46,160 nucleotides of DNA from Akkermansia muciniphila (GCA_945860685.1 CAMASJ010000003.1:1-46160), one strand, 5' to 3'. Shown: positions 1 to 10,249, counted from the first letter of the stretch. Numbers and translations: made by a program. The notes: generated from the letters alone by a model not told the origin.

Positions 1-1
1 C

Positions 2-1708
2 AGCCCAGCCCAACTCGCACAGATCGCTTCCGGGGAGGGCGACGGCCTGCCCTCCGCCATCGGCACGATCAAGAACGCCTCCGGCGTTGATATCACCGAG
101 AAGATCAAGGAACTGGTCCGGCAGTCCCAGGAGCAGGGCTACCTGACCCACAGCGACATCGGTGACGCGCTTGCCGACACCCCCATGTCCCCCGAGGAGA
201 TGGACGAGGTGTACATCAAGCTGCGCAACCTCGAGATCGAGATCGTCGACCAGGCCGAGGTGGACCGTCCCAAAAACGTCGAACAGGAAGAGGAGGAGGA
301 CAAGTCTCGGCTCGACATTCTCGACGATCCGGTCCGGATGTACCTCAAGCAGATGGGCCAGGTCCCGCTGCTGACCCGCGAGCAGGAAGTCGAGATCTCC
401 AAGCGGATCGAGGACAACGAGAACGAGGTGAAGCGGATCATCTACTCGTTCGGATTCTCGGCGAAGGAACACATCGCACTGGCCGAGAAGCTGATCTCGG
501 AACCTCCCAAGGAGCGTTTCGACCGGGTGATCGTCGACAAAAAGATCGAGGTCCGTGAGGAGCATCTCAAGGCGCTCCGAAAGCTGGTGAAGGATGTCCG
601 CGCCATCGACCAGCAGGTGGACGAGTACTGGCGCGGGCTTCAGGAACCGGCCTCCAAGACCAAGCACGAGAAGATGGGCGTGGAATTCAAGAAGCTGGAC
701 GAGAAGCTCCAGCGCTCCTTCCCCAAGTTCTACTACAAGCAGAAGGTCATCGAGGAAATGTCCCTCGTGGCCGAGAACATCCACGAGAAGTTCCAGATCT
801 CACGGCGTTCCATCCACGAGTTGGAGCCCCAGAAGCGGTCCGCCCAAGCGCAGGCGATCATCCATGCCGAAGAGCGGAAGATCAAAGCGCTGGAGGAGTT
901 CGTCCGCATGACAGTGGCGGGCTACATCGAGGCCTTCAGCCAGTTGAAGCATTTTGAACGCAAGGCGCTGCAGGCGAAGACCGAGATGGTCGAGGCCAAC
1001 CTGCGCCTGGTGATCTCGATCGCCAAGAAGTACACGAACCGCGGCCTCTCCTTCCTCGACCTCATCCAGGAGGGCAACATGGGCCTGATGAAGGCGGTGG
1101 AGAAGTTCGAGTACCGCCGCGGCTACAAGTTCTCCACCTACGCGACATGGTGGATCCGTCAGGCGATCACCCGCTCGATCGCCGACCAGGCGCGGACCAT
1201 CCGCATCCCGGTCCACATGATCGAGACGATCAACAAGCTGATGCGGGTGCAGAAGCAGCTGATCCAGGACTTCGGCCGCGAACCGACCCCGGAGGAGATC
1301 GCGGACGAGATGCAGATGCCGGTCGACCGTGTTCGTGCCGTCCTCAAGATGGCCCAGCAGCCGATCTCCCTGCAGAGCCCGGTGGGTGACTCCGACGACA
1401 CCAACTTCGGCGACTTCATCGAGGACAAGTCCGCGGAGAACCCGTCGGACATGACCAGCTACAGCCTGCTGAAGGCGAAGCTGGCGGACGTCCTGGACTC
1501 CCTGACAGAACGCGAGCGGAAGGTGCTGGAACTCCGGTTCGGCCTGCTCGACGGCTACAGCCGGACGCTTGAGGAGGTCGGCAAGCAGTTCAAGGTGACC
1601 CGCGAGCGCATCCGTCAGATCGAGGCCAAGGCCTTGAGGAAGATGCGTCATCCGACCCGACTGAGGCAGCTCCATGGCTTCCTCGAGGGCGAAGAGGCCG
1701 TCGCCTGA
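2..1708 (+). CDS. rpoD: RNA polymerase primary sigma factor RpoD (sigma70); 5' end lies outside the window
   Basis: Frame is open from base 2 and includes region 1.1 ([19 protein letters not shown]). Also region 1.2 [12 protein letters not shown], region 2 [52 protein letters not shown], and region 4 [26 protein letters not shown]. Confidence 0.98.
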   Translation, partial: SPAQLAQIASGEGDGLPSAIGTIKNASGVDITEKIKELVRQSQEQGYLTHSDIGDALADTPMSPEEMDEVYIKLRNLEIEIVDQAEVDRPKNVEQEEEEDKSRLDILDDPVRMYLKQMGQVPLLTREQEVEISKRIEDNENEVKRIIYSFGFSAKEHIALAEKLISEPPKERFDRVIVDKKIEVREEHLKALRKLVKDVRAIDQQVDEYWRGLQEPASKTKHEKMGVEFKKLDEKLQRSFPKFYYKQKVIEEMSLVAENIHEKFQISRRSIHELEPQKRSAQAQAIIHAEERKIKALEEFVRMTVAGYIEAFSQLKHFERKALQAKTEMVEANLRLVISIAKKYTNRGLSFLDLIQEGNMGLMKAVEKFEYRRGYKFSTYATWWIRQAITRSIADQARTIRIPVHMIETINKLMRVQKQLIQDFGREPTPEEIADEMQMPVDRVRAVLKMAQQPISLQSPVGDSDDTNFGDFIEDKSAENPSDMTSYSLLKAKLADVLDSLTERERKVLELRFGLLDGYSRTLEEVGKQFKVTRERIRQIEAKALRKMRHPTRLRQLHGFLEGEEAVA

Positions 1709-1716
1709 GATCGAAA

Positions 1717-1750
1717 GAGAGCCCCGGTGGAAGCCGGGGCTCTTTTGTTT
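1717..1750 (+). terminator. Rho-independent terminator of rpoD
   Basis: Stem AGAGCCCCGG (1718-1727) / CCGGGGCTCT (1734-1743) followed by TTTGTTT. Confidence 0.85.
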
Positions 1751-1877
1751 CGAACCACCCCGTCCACGACGGCGTAATACCGTCCGCCTTCCGAAACCAA
1801 CCGCTGGCTCCCCGGGTGGTTTTCTGCAGATGACATCCCGACTTGAACATCCTCGGACGGTTCGCATCCATCCATGG

Positions 1878-3530
1878 ATGTCCCCCGCCGCTGCGACCGC
1901 CTTCCTGTCCCTTCGTTGGCTTTGGCTGGTGTTGGCGATGTCGATGTCGACGGCCTCGGCACTGCGGGCCGCTGGCATCCGGCGGGAGGAACTCTTCGAC
2001 GGCCCGATCCTGACCTGGGAGATCCAACTGTCCCGCGGCGAGATGGCCAAGCTGCGTGGGGCCGCAGGGCCGTTCACTTCGGAACGTCCCGAAGCGATCT
2101 GCACCGTTCGGGCCGGTGGGCACATTTGGACCAACGTCGCGATCCACCTCAAGGGAGCAGCCGGCAGCTTCCGGCATTTCGACCAGAATCCGGCCCTGAC
2201 GCTGAACTTCGGCAAGGTCCAGGACGGCCAGACCTGCTTCGGCCACCGGAAGCTCCACCTCAACAACTCGGTCCAGGATGCCGGCCGCATGGACGAGTTG
2301 CTCGCCTCCGAGATGTACCTGAACAGCGGTGTGCCAACCCCCCGCGCAACCCACGGATTCGTCCATGTCAACGGCAGGAGGCTGGGTCTCTACGTGGTCA
2401 AGGGCGGATGGGACAAGCCCTTCCTGAAGCAGCATTTCGGCAGCTCAAAGGGCAACTTCTACGATGGCGAATTCTCCCAGGACATCGACGGGAACCTGCG
2501 TCGCGCCTCCGGCGAAGGTGAACCGGACTGGGCCGACCTCGAGCAATTGAGGGACGCGCTCAGGGAGCCTGACAGGGACCGACGTCTGGATCGACTTGTC
2601 GGCATTGTCGACATCGACCGGTTCATCTCCTACACCGCGATCCAGGTGCTGATCGACGACTGGGACGGCTATGCCCGCCAGCGCAACAACTACCGGATCT
2701 ACAACGATCCAACCTCAGGCCGCCTGGTCTTCATGCCGCATGGAATGGATCAGCTCTGGCGAAATCCAAGGAGCGGCTTCTCGCCCCGCTTCAACGGCGT
2801 CGTGGCCTCGGGTCTTTTCGGACTGGAGGGCATGTCCGCACGGTTGGTGGCCCGCATGCGGGAATTGACCAACACCGTCTACAACGCCGGCTTCGTCGAC
2901 GAGGTGTTCGATCGTGCGCGGACGCGGTTGGTTCAGGCCTACGAGAAGGAACGGCGACACGAGGAACGTCAGCGCATCCTGTCCGCCATCGAGAACACGC
3001 GGGACCGCATCCGCTCGCGGATGGCCTCCTTCAACGGCGACGCCTACCAGACTCCCCATGCGATAGCGTTCAACGCGGATGGCCATAGCCCGGTGCGGTC
3101 CTGGACCACCAGCCAGGAAGGTGACGACGTCGAGTTCACAGACGGGAAGGTCGACGGCAGGCGGATCCTAAGGATCGAGGTTTCCGGCCCGGGATCCTAT
3201 GGATCCTGGAGGGCCCGATTGGCCCTGCCTCCAGGAAGATATCGTTTCGAGACCCGGGTCAAAACCACAGAAGTCCGAGGCACGGACCCCACCGGCAGGG
3301 GCCGCGGCGCCGGAATCCGGATCAGCGGCAACCGGCGTGGTGCGGGTCTGGAGGGTTCCAACGACTGGAGAATCCTACGGTATGATTTCGCGGTTCCCGG
3401 CGAGGAAGGGGGCCGCAGGGGAATGGGTGGTGAGCAGGATGCAGTGCTGATCGCCGAATTGCGGGCAGAGTCCGGTTTGGTGGAATTCGACGCCGACTCG
3501 ATGGTCCTCAGCCGGATCAATGATCCCTGA
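1878..3530 (+). CDS. CotH kinase-family secreted protein with a C-terminal beta-sandwich (carbohydrate-binding-like) domain
   Basis: CotH-type motifs LHLNNSVQD..E..GVPTPRATH..VNG..GLYV and DWDGY..NNYRIY..PHGMDQ; hydrophobic signal-like N-terminus. Start chosen at ATG 1878 (uncertain). Confidence 0.8.
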   Translation: MSPAAATAFLSLRWLWLVLAMSMSTASALRAAGIRREELFDGPILTWEIQLSRGEMAKLRGAAGPFTSERPEAICTVRAGGHIWTNVAIHLKGAAGSFRHFDQNPALTLNFGKVQDGQTCFGHRKLHLNNSVQDAGRMDELLASEMYLNSGVPTPRATHGFVHVNGRRLGLYVVKGGWDKPFLKQHFGSSKGNFYDGEFSQDIDGNLRRASGEGEPDWADLEQLRDALREPDRDRRLDRLVGIVDIDRFISYTAIQVLIDDWDGYARQRNNYRIYNDPTSGRLVFMPHGMDQLWRNPRSGFSPRFNGVVASGLFGLEGMSARLVARMRELTNTVYNAGFVDEVFDRARTRLVQAYEKERRHEERQRILSAIENTRDRIRSRMASFNGDAYQTPHAIAFNADGHSPVRSWTTSQEGDDVEFTDGKVDGRRILRIEVSGPGSYGSWRARLALPPGRYRFETRVKTTEVRGTDPTGRGRGAGIRISGNRRGAGLEGSNDWRILRYDFAVPGEEGGRRGMGGEQDAVLIAELRAESGLVEFDADSMVLSRINDP

Positions 3531-3556
3531 TCCGAAGCAATTCCAAGGAAGCGTGG

Positions 3557-3687
3557 GGCGCCCAACAGAAACGCAAAGCTGCCAAAGGCGAACAGGACCA
3601 GGGTTCTCAAGGAAAAGGGCTGTTGGAGTCCGTCATTTCCACCACGGCAACTGCGCCTCGCTTTCGCTCGTTTCCCGGCTTGGCGCC
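3557..3687. repeat. Degenerate REP-like inverted repeat pair in an intergenic region
   Basis: GGCGCC..GAAACG.CAAAGC..AGGCG (3557-3590) is roughly the reverse complement of CGCCT.GCTTTCG..CGTTTC..GGCGCC (3654-3687). Contains CGCAAAG/GCCAAAG units as at 40201. Confidence 0.35.
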
Positions 3688-3772
3688 TAAGCGGGAGGGG
3701 CACTTCCGCATGGATTCAGCGGTGCGCCGGTTCTTGTTTGGGTTTTCCGACCAGAAGCCGTAGACCTCCCGC

Positions 3773-4816
3773 ATGCCTCATCCCCGTTCGCGATTCCTGG
3801 CCTGGCTGGGATTGATCCCGGCCATCGTGTCCGCAGATGCCATCGTCGGGAACTCGTTCGTCGCGGATTCCCCACCGACCCGATCCTCCCACGCATCGAC
3901 CATCGTGGAGACGTCGACGGGCATTGCAGCGGCCTGGTTCGGCGGAACGGCGGAGCGGGCGAAGGACGTGGTCATCTGGTACGCGTCCTTGGAGGGTGGA
4001 CGCTGGGAGACTCCGGTCGAGGTGGCCCGCGGAAACGAAGATTCGGGCGCTCCACAGTATGCCTGTTGGAACCCGGTCCTCGTCCAGGAACCGTCCGGTC
4101 CCCTCCACCTCTTCTACAAGGTCGGACCAAGCCCCGACGCCTGGTGGGGACGCCACAAGTTCTCCAAGGACGGCGGCAAGACCTGGAGTAAAAGCACCCG
4201 GCTTCCCTACGGCCTGGTCGGCCCGGTTCGCAACAAGCCCATCCGGCTTGCCGACGGCACCTGGCTCTTCGGTTCGAGCTCGGAGGACGCCGGTTGGCGG
4301 GTCCACATGGAATGGAGCCGTCCGCCCTTCACGGAATGGTCGCGGACCCCGGCCCTCAATGGCACCAACGACTGGGGCGCCATCCAACCGACCCTGCTTG
4401 CGTGGGCGCCGGACCGGATCCAGGCCCTGCTGCGCACCCGCCAGAAGGTCGTGGCCGAGACCTGGAGTCGCGACGGTGGCCGGACCTGGACACCGGTCGC
4501 GAAGACCTCCCTACCCAATCCGAACAGCGGCATCGACGCGGTGATGCTGCAGGACGGACGCGCCCTTCTGGTCTACAATCCGGATGCCGGCAACCGCGCC
4601 ACCATCGGCATCGCCGTTTCCAGGGACGGCAAAGACTGGAAGCACGTCCAGAACCTCGAGTCCACCTCCGCGGCCGGAAACGGGGCCCTGGACCGGAATC
4701 CGGGCGAACTCAGCTACCCGGCGGTGATCCAGTCGAAGGATGGCCGGATCCACATCACCTACACCTGGAAGCGGGAGAAGGTCCGCCACGTGGTCGTCGA
4801 TCCAGCCAGGCTTTGA
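3773..4816 (+). CDS. BNR/Asp-box sialidase-like protein (exo-alpha-sialidase family), secreted
   Basis: Asp boxes SKDGGKTWS, SRDGGRTWT, SRDGKDW; HASTIVE, WNPVL, GPVRNKPI, LPNPNSGID, SYPAVIQ..HITYTW; signal peptide. Confidence 0.9.
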   Translation: MPHPRSRFLAWLGLIPAIVSADAIVGNSFVADSPPTRSSHASTIVETSTGIAAAWFGGTAERAKDVVIWYASLEGGRWETPVEVARGNEDSGAPQYACWNPVLVQEPSGPLHLFYKVGPSPDAWWGRHKFSKDGGKTWSKSTRLPYGLVGPVRNKPIRLADGTWLFGSSSEDAGWRVHMEWSRPPFTEWSRTPALNGTNDWGAIQPTLLAWAPDRIQALLRTRQKVVAETWSRDGGRTWTPVAKTSLPNPNSGIDAVMLQDGRALLVYNPDAGNRATIGIAVSRDGKDWKHVQNLESTSAAGNGALDRNPGELSYPAVIQSKDGRIHITYTWKREKVRHVVVDPARL

Positions 4817-4820
4817 GCGC

Positions 4821-6494
4821 ATGGAACGCCTTCCGGTCGCCAACCGCGAACTCCGGCTCGCCTCCAGAAGAGGCCAGACGTTCTGGGGCCGATGTGCCGC
4901 CGCCGGCCTGGCCCTTGCCGTCGCGGCGTTCATCGTGAAGGTCGTCGGCCTCGTGGCTCCTCGTGAGCTCGGACTGGCACTCTTCGTTGGGCTTTTTTGG
5001 ACCGCTTTTGCGGTCGCACTGGGCGCCGGTACATTGCTGGTCTCGGACTCCATCAGCGGCGAGATCCGTGAAGGGACCCTAGGTCTGCTCTTCCTCACCG
5101 ATCTCCGCCCATCCGACGTCCTCGCGGGAAAGCTGGCCGCAGGTTCCCTTTCCTCCGTGTACAGCCTCCTCGCCATCCTTCCCGTCCTCGGCCTGCCGAT
5201 GCTGTGCGGCGGCATCAGCGGAATGGATTACCTGCGGGCCTCGTTGGCCCTGATGCTCACCTTGGCGTGGTCCTTGTCGCTGTCGCTTTTTCTTTCCACG
5301 TTCCGAGGCGGGTTCCAACAGGTGCAGACCCGGTCCGTGGCCTTCACGCTCCTCCTCGCCGGTGGGTGCCCCGCCATCGGAGGCATCCTGCAGGCGGTGC
5401 TTTTGGAAAAGGGATTCGACGGTCCGTCCGTGCGTCTGCTGGTCGCACCGCTTTTCCTGCTGAGTCCCGGAACCACCCTGGCCTTCTCCATGCCCCAGGT
5501 CTTCCAAGGTTGGAGCATGGGCTATCTCGCTGGAGTCGCTACACTCACGGCGACTTCCGTCGGACTCCTTTTCGCGACCCAACGCCGGCTTCGTCACGCG
5601 TGGAAGGACCGTCCGGAGGCCGCGGGAAAACCGGGTCTCATCAAACGCCTCCGGACCTTCATCCGCTCCCGGACAATGACCTCCGGCGACGCGCGCAGGG
5701 AAATCCTCGATACGATTCCCTTTACGTGGCCGCACCTGCGCTCGCGCTGGAAAGGCTGGAATCCTTGGATCGGCGGCGGCGTGATCCTCGTGGGTTGGGC
5801 GGGGATCGGACTCGCCTTTGGATCCGATTTCTTCGAGTTCCCGGCATGGGTGGCGATGTCGATCCTGCTCCACCTGCACCTGAAGGCGTGCCTTTCCAAC
5901 GACGCCCAGAGGTCCCTTTTCGATGCCCGACGTTCCGGCGCGATGGAACTCCTGCTGACGCTGCCCATCGATGATCGTCGCCATGTGCAGGAACACCTGC
6001 TCGCGCTGCGCCGGAATTACCTGAAGCCGATCCTGACTGTTCTCGTCCTCGACGCCGGAATCACGGTTTGGGTCCTATCCGGCGACGCCCTCCAGAATGC
6101 GGATTCGCTCGAATGGCTGCTCAGCATGACCGGCCGATGCGGATTCCTTGTCTTGGACTCGCTCGCACTGGCCCACTTCGGACTCTGGATCGGCGCATCG
6201 ACGCGAAGAACACAACTTCGTCAGGAACCGTTCCTCATCGTCATCGTTGGGCCGTGGCTGGTCCTGCTCCTCCTGTTCACCCTGGGAGGACTTCGAGGAG
6301 GCCTCGATTTCAAGGGCTTCCTGGTGATGACGTTGGTGGTTGGCGCCACCTTTTCCCTTCTGGCCTTGACCTATGCCAAGTCACGCCTGGCGGGGGATTT
6401 CCGTACGGCGGCCTCGCTGGCGCCCGGAATGGGGGCCACGACGTTGACCGACACGGCGACCGTCGCAGATCAGTCCACCGGGCGGACGATGTAG
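4821..6494 (+). CDS. ABC-2-type transporter permease (PVC-type, multi-TM)
   Basis: LPVANRELRLASRR start; DSISGEIREGTLGLLFLTDL..VLAGKL motif; second repeat RRSGAMELLLTLP; many hydrophobic helices. Confidence 0.8.
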   Translation: MERLPVANRELRLASRRGQTFWGRCAAAGLALAVAAFIVKVVGLVAPRELGLALFVGLFWTAFAVALGAGTLLVSDSISGEIREGTLGLLFLTDLRPSDVLAGKLAAGSLSSVYSLLAILPVLGLPMLCGGISGMDYLRASLALMLTLAWSLSLSLFLSTFRGGFQQVQTRSVAFTLLLAGGCPAIGGILQAVLLEKGFDGPSVRLLVAPLFLLSPGTTLAFSMPQVFQGWSMGYLAGVATLTATSVGLLFATQRRLRHAWKDRPEAAGKPGLIKRLRTFIRSRTMTSGDARREILDTIPFTWPHLRSRWKGWNPWIGGGVILVGWAGIGLAFGSDFFEFPAWVAMSILLHLHLKACLSNDAQRSLFDARRSGAMELLLTLPIDDRRHVQEHLLALRRNYLKPILTVLVLDAGITVWVLSGDALQNADSLEWLLSMTGRCGFLVLDSLALAHFGLWIGASTRRTQLRQEPFLIVIVGPWLVLLLLFTLGGLRGGLDFKGFLVMTLVVGATFSLLALTYAKSRLAGDFRTAASLAPGMGATTLTDTATVADQSTGRTM

Positions 6495-7327
6495 CCGCCG
6501 GACTTGGCGTCGGCCTCAAGGTCGATCAAGCCCCGCTTCTCCGCCTCCTTCAACAGGTCGTTGAATGAACGGAATCCATGCGGCCGTTCGCTGAACCCGG
6601 GTTTCCGACGCTGGATCGCCTGCTTGACCATCGAGCCCCAGATCAACTCGTCCTCGTCGCGTTCATCCGCCATGTCCTCGATGGTCTCGACCACCAGGTC
6701 GAGGGTCTTGTCCAACGACAGGGCCTTGGCATCGCCGGCGGCGGCAACCGAGGAACCGGCACCGCTTGCGGGGGCCTTGGAAGCCGAGGAAGAGGAAGAA
6801 GGTGAAGCCGTCGCCGTGGTCTTCGCGCGCGCCCGAACCCGGGTCGGTGCCGTACGCACGAGGTCGTCGTAGTAGATGAAGGTGTCGCAGTTGTTGATGA
6901 ACAGGTCCGAGGTGGAGTTCTTGACCCCGACACCAATGACCGTCTTGTCGTTCTCGCGAAGTTTGCTGACCAGCGGGGAGAAGTCCGAGTCGCCGCTCAG
7001 GATGACGAAGGTGTCCACATGCCCCTTGGTGTAGCAGAGGTCGAGGGCGTCCACGACCATGCGGATGTCCGCCGAATTCTTGCCGGACTGGCGGACGTGC
7101 GGAATCTCGATGAGCTCGAACGCCGCCTCATGGAGGTCCCGCTTGAACTCCTTGTAGCGGTCGAAGTCGCAGTAGGCCTTCTTCACCACGATGTGACCCT
7201 TGAGCAGCAGGCGCTCCAAGACCTTCTGGATGTCGAATCGCGGGAAGTGCGCGTCGCGCGCACCGAGTGCGATGTTCTCGAGGTCGAGGAAGACCGCCAT
7301 CGTGGATTCGGCGTCACGTGTGCTCAT
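6470..7327 (-). CDS. NYN (LabA/DUF88, PIN-like) domain protein with a C-terminal OST-HTH/LOTUS domain
   Basis: AVFLDLEN, KNSADIRMVVDA, SGDSDFSPLV..VIGVG..CDTFIYY; low-complexity linker; C-terminal WGSMVKQAIQRRKPGFSERPHGFRSFNDLL. Confidence 0.9.
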   Translation of the reverse strand: MSTRDAESTMAVFLDLENIALGARDAHFPRFDIQKVLERLLLKGHIVVKKAYCDFDRYKEFKRDLHEAAFELIEIPHVRQSGKNSADIRMVVDALDLCYTKGHVDTFVILSGDSDFSPLVSKLRENDKTVIGVGVKNSTSDLFINNCDTFIYYDDLVRTAPTRVRARAKTTATASPSSSSSASKAPASGAGSSVAAAGDAKALSLDKTLDLVVETIEDMADERDEDELIWGSMVKQAIQRRKPGFSERPHGFRSFNDLLKEAEKRGLIDLEADAKSGGYIVRPVD

Positions 7328-7435
7328 TTGAGGAAGGATGTCGATATGGCACCGGCAGGACGAGAAAGATTCCGTGGACGGATTTGAGGTTCCCAGTGGT
7401 TGCCAATCCCCGTTCAATCCGCGCCCGTCATTACC

Positions 7436-7915
7436 GTGAACAAGAAGGCCCTGCTCCAAGCGATCGTCGAGAAGCTCTCCGCCGACCTCGCCCTGTATTT
7501 CAAGGCGGCAACGGTCGCCCGCTTCGAAGCCACCCACGAACAGAGCAAGGCGGAGAACAAGTATGACACACGCGGCCTCGAGGCTTCCTACCTCGCACGC
7601 GGCCAATCCCGCCAAGCCGCGGAGATCGAGTTCTCGATTCATACGATCGGCGCGATGGAACCCCGCGACTTCTCCAGTGGACTGCCCATCGATGTCGGAG
7701 CCTTCGTCGAGGTGTCCCATCGCAAGGAGACCTCCTGCTACTTCATCTGCTCCAGGGCGGGCGGCACCGAGGTGGTCTTCGAAGGCGCCGAGGTCATGGT
7801 GATCACGCCCCAGTCCCCTTTGGGAAGCCAACTGGTCTGTCGGAAAGAGGGGGATTCCGTGAAGATCGAGATCGGTGGGCGAGCCACCATCCAGAAACTC
7901 GTACGGGTTCTCTAG
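7436..7915 (+). CDS. GreA/GreB-family transcription elongation factor-like protein
   Basis: ATHEQSKAENKYDTRGLEASYLARGQ coiled-coil tip and C-terminal VITPQSPLGSQL. GTG start at 7436 is inferred. Confidence 0.8.
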   Translation: MNKKALLQAIVEKLSADLALYFKAATVARFEATHEQSKAENKYDTRGLEASYLARGQSRQAAEIEFSIHTIGAMEPRDFSSGLPIDVGAFVEVSHRKETSCYFICSRAGGTEVVFEGAEVMVITPQSPLGSQLVCRKEGDSVKIEIGGRATIQKLVRVL

Positions 7916-8066
7916 CCATCGCCGTCGGTCGGCGGAGCGATGATTGGCCCTGTTTCACTTACAGGAAGCCAGACCGCCCTTTTCCACAGGCGCGGCCCGC
8001 TTCCGACTGCTATCCATGCGTCCGGGCGGGAATCCCTCCCCCTCCCATCCTCCAACCCGACTGAAA

Positions 8067-8465
8067 ATGAAGTTCCTCACCTTCCTGGCCCGAATCGGAC
8101 TCGGCGGCGCCCTCCTCGTCTTCGGCGTCAACGGATTCCACAACTTTCTCCACCTCCCCACACCAGGCGGCAAGGGTGGCGAATTCCTGCGCCTTCTCGA
8201 ATCCACACACGTGCTCTGGGTGGTGCATGGACTGGAAGTGGCCGCCGGTCTCCTGCTGCTCCTGCGGCGGGTTCCGCTGGCCCTGACGCTCTGCGGTCCG
8301 GTGGTGGTCAACATCGTGCTCTTCCACACGCTGGTGCATCAGGCGAATTGGATCCCCGCCGCCGTGGTCGCCGGGCTCACCGGATTCCTGCTCTGGCGCC
8401 ATGCGGAATCCTTCCCGGCGCTGTTTCCCAAGCCGGAACCTGCGAAGAAACCCGCAAAGAAATAG
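8067..8465 (+). CDS. DoxX-like small membrane protein
   Basis: ARIGLG..VFGVNGF, EVAAGLLLL..PLAL...PVVVNIVLFH; about four TM segments. Confidence 0.75.
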   Translation: MKFLTFLARIGLGGALLVFGVNGFHNFLHLPTPGGKGGEFLRLLESTHVLWVVHGLEVAAGLLLLLRRVPLALTLCGPVVVNIVLFHTLVHQANWIPAAVVAGLTGFLLWRHAESFPALFPKPEPAKKPAKK

Positions 8466-8590
8466 CACCCCGACAAAACAAGATCCGGGCATTCGAAGCC
8501 AACTTCCGGGAAGCCGCGCCGAGGACGCCGCTTTAGTAAGGCTAAACCCTCGTCGGGTCGGCATGGTGCCGCAACGCCGGGGTCCGACAC

Positions 8591-8740
8591 ATGACCGCTT
8601 CCATCCTCATCTTCGCCGCCGCCGTCGTCATCGTTTCCTTCTGGGTTCTCGGCATCCATTCATGGATCGGCGACGAATGCGCCGAGACCGAGCACCTGGA
8701 CGCCCTCACCAAGTCGGCCAGGTCGGGAAGCGCCCGCTGA
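8591..8740 (+). CDS. Hypothetical 49-aa single-TM small protein (not in the ORF track)
   Basis: ATG..TGA reads MTASILIFAAAVVIVSFWVLGIHSWIGDECAETEHLDALTKSARSGSAR. GC-rich third codon positions; fills the gap between doxX-like and pgm. Confidence 0.5.
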   Translation: MTASILIFAAAVVIVSFWVLGIHSWIGDECAETEHLDALTKSARSGSAR

Positions 8741-8812
8741 AGGACAGGGGCGGCCGCCGCGCCCGATCCAGGTTGCTTGCGCTTCCTCGGGGTATTCCGG
8801 AAGACTCCCTGC

Positions 8813-10249
8813 ATGACGTCGATCAAGTTTGGCACCTCCGGTTGGCGCGGCCTCATCGCGCGCGACTTCACCTTCGAGAACGTCCGGTTCGCGGCACAGG
8901 GCATTGCCGACTACCTCAAGGCGGAGTTGGCCGATCCGGCGTCCGCGATCCATGGGCGCAAGCCCGAGGTCGTCATCGGGCATGACACCCGATTTCTCGG
9001 CCGCGAATTCTCCCTCGCCGTGGCCGAGGTGCTGGCCGCCAACGGCTTGATTCCCCTGCTCTGCCAGCGGGACGCTCCGACCCCGGTCATCGCCCACACC
9101 ATCCGCGCCCGGAAGGCCATCGGCGGCATCAACATGACCGCCAGCCACAATCCGGCGGAATACCAGGGATTGAAGTTCAGCGTGTCCAACGGCGCCGCCG
9201 CGCCGCCTGAGGTCACCAAGAAGATCGAGGCGGCCATCCGCGGACATCAGGAAGGGGGGTGGACCTTCAAGTCGGCGGTGGTCGGCACCTTCGAATGCAG
9301 GACCTTCGATCCGATGCCGTCCTACCTGAAGCAGGTGCGACGTCTCATCGACTTCGACGTGATCCGCAAGGCCCGCATGAAGATCGCGGTGGAACTGATG
9401 TACGGAACCGGCCGTGGCTACCTCGACACCCTGCTCGAGGAAGACGGCGGAGCGAAGGTGCTCCGGTTCCATGACGAACTGAATCCCAGCTTCGGCGGTC
9501 ACCATCCGGAGCCCAATGCCGAGGGCATGGAAGAGGCGCGCAAGGCCATCCTAGGCGGGAAAGCGACCCTGGGATTGGGCCTCGACGGCGATGCGGACCG
9601 ATTCGGCATCGTGGACCGGGACGGAACCTGGCTCACCCCGAACCAGATCCTCGCCCTGGCTCTGTACCACCTAAAGAAAAACCGTGGTTGGACCGGCGGC
9701 GTGGTCCGCACCGTGCCGACCAGCCATCAGGTCGACGCCGTCGCCGAGTTGTTGGGTGTCGAGCTCCACGAAACTCCGGTCGGCTTCAAGTACATCGGTG
9801 CCTTGATGGAATCCGGCCCGATCATCGTGGGTGGCGAGGAGTCGGGAGGGCTCAGCGTGAAGGGGCATGTGCCGGAGAAGGACGGCATCCTCGCGTGCCT
9901 GCTCATGGCGGAACTGGTGGCCACCGAGCGGAAGCCGCTCATGAAGATCCTCGCGGAGTTGGAGAAGAAGACCGGCGAGTTCCACACCACCCGGATCAAC
10001 GTGGCGATTCCGGCAGACAAGAAGGAGGCGTTGTTGACCCGTCTCGCTGGAGGCCTGGAGAAGGTCGGCAACCTCAAGGTGGAGAAATTCATCACCACCG
10101 ATGGCTTCAAGTTCCTGCTGCCGAACCGCGAATGGGTGGCCTTCCGCGCCAGCGGTACAGAGCCCCTTATCCGCTGCTACATTGAGGCGAAGTCGGCAGC
10201 CCAGATGAAGAAGCTGGAGAAGGCCTGCAAGGCCATCCTGTTGGCCTGA
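8813..10249 (+). CDS. Phosphoglucomutase/phosphomannomutase family protein
   Basis: IKFGTSGWRG, active-site TASHNP, metal loop DGDADR, GGEESGG, RASGTEP. Confidence 0.95.
   Translation: MTSIKFGTSGWRGLIARDFTFENVRFAAQGIADYLKAELADPASAIHGRKPEVVIGHDTRFLGREFSLAVAEVLAANGLIPLLCQRDAPTPVIAHTIRARKAIGGINMTASHNPAEYQGLKFSVSNGAAAPPEVTKKIEAAIRGHQEGGWTFKSAVVGTFECRTFDPMPSYLKQVRRLIDFDVIRKARMKIAVELMYGTGRGYLDTLLEEDGGAKVLRFHDELNPSFGGHHPEPNAEGMEEARKAILGGKATLGLGLDGDADRFGIVDRDGTWLTPNQILALALYHLKKNRGWTGGVVRTVPTSHQVDAVAELLGVELHETPVGFKYIGALMESGPIIVGGEESGGLSVKGHVPEKDGILACLLMAELVATERKPLMKILAELEKKTGEFHTTRINVAIPADKKEALLTRLAGGLEKVGNLKVEKFITTDGFKFLLPNREWVAFRASGTEPLIRCYIEAKSAAQMKKLEKACKAILLA

Noticed and set aside
8559-8574. 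Sigma54 promoter CGGCATGGTGCCGCA upstream of the 49-aa ORF
   Set aside because: GG-to-GC spacing is 9 nt rather than the required 10.
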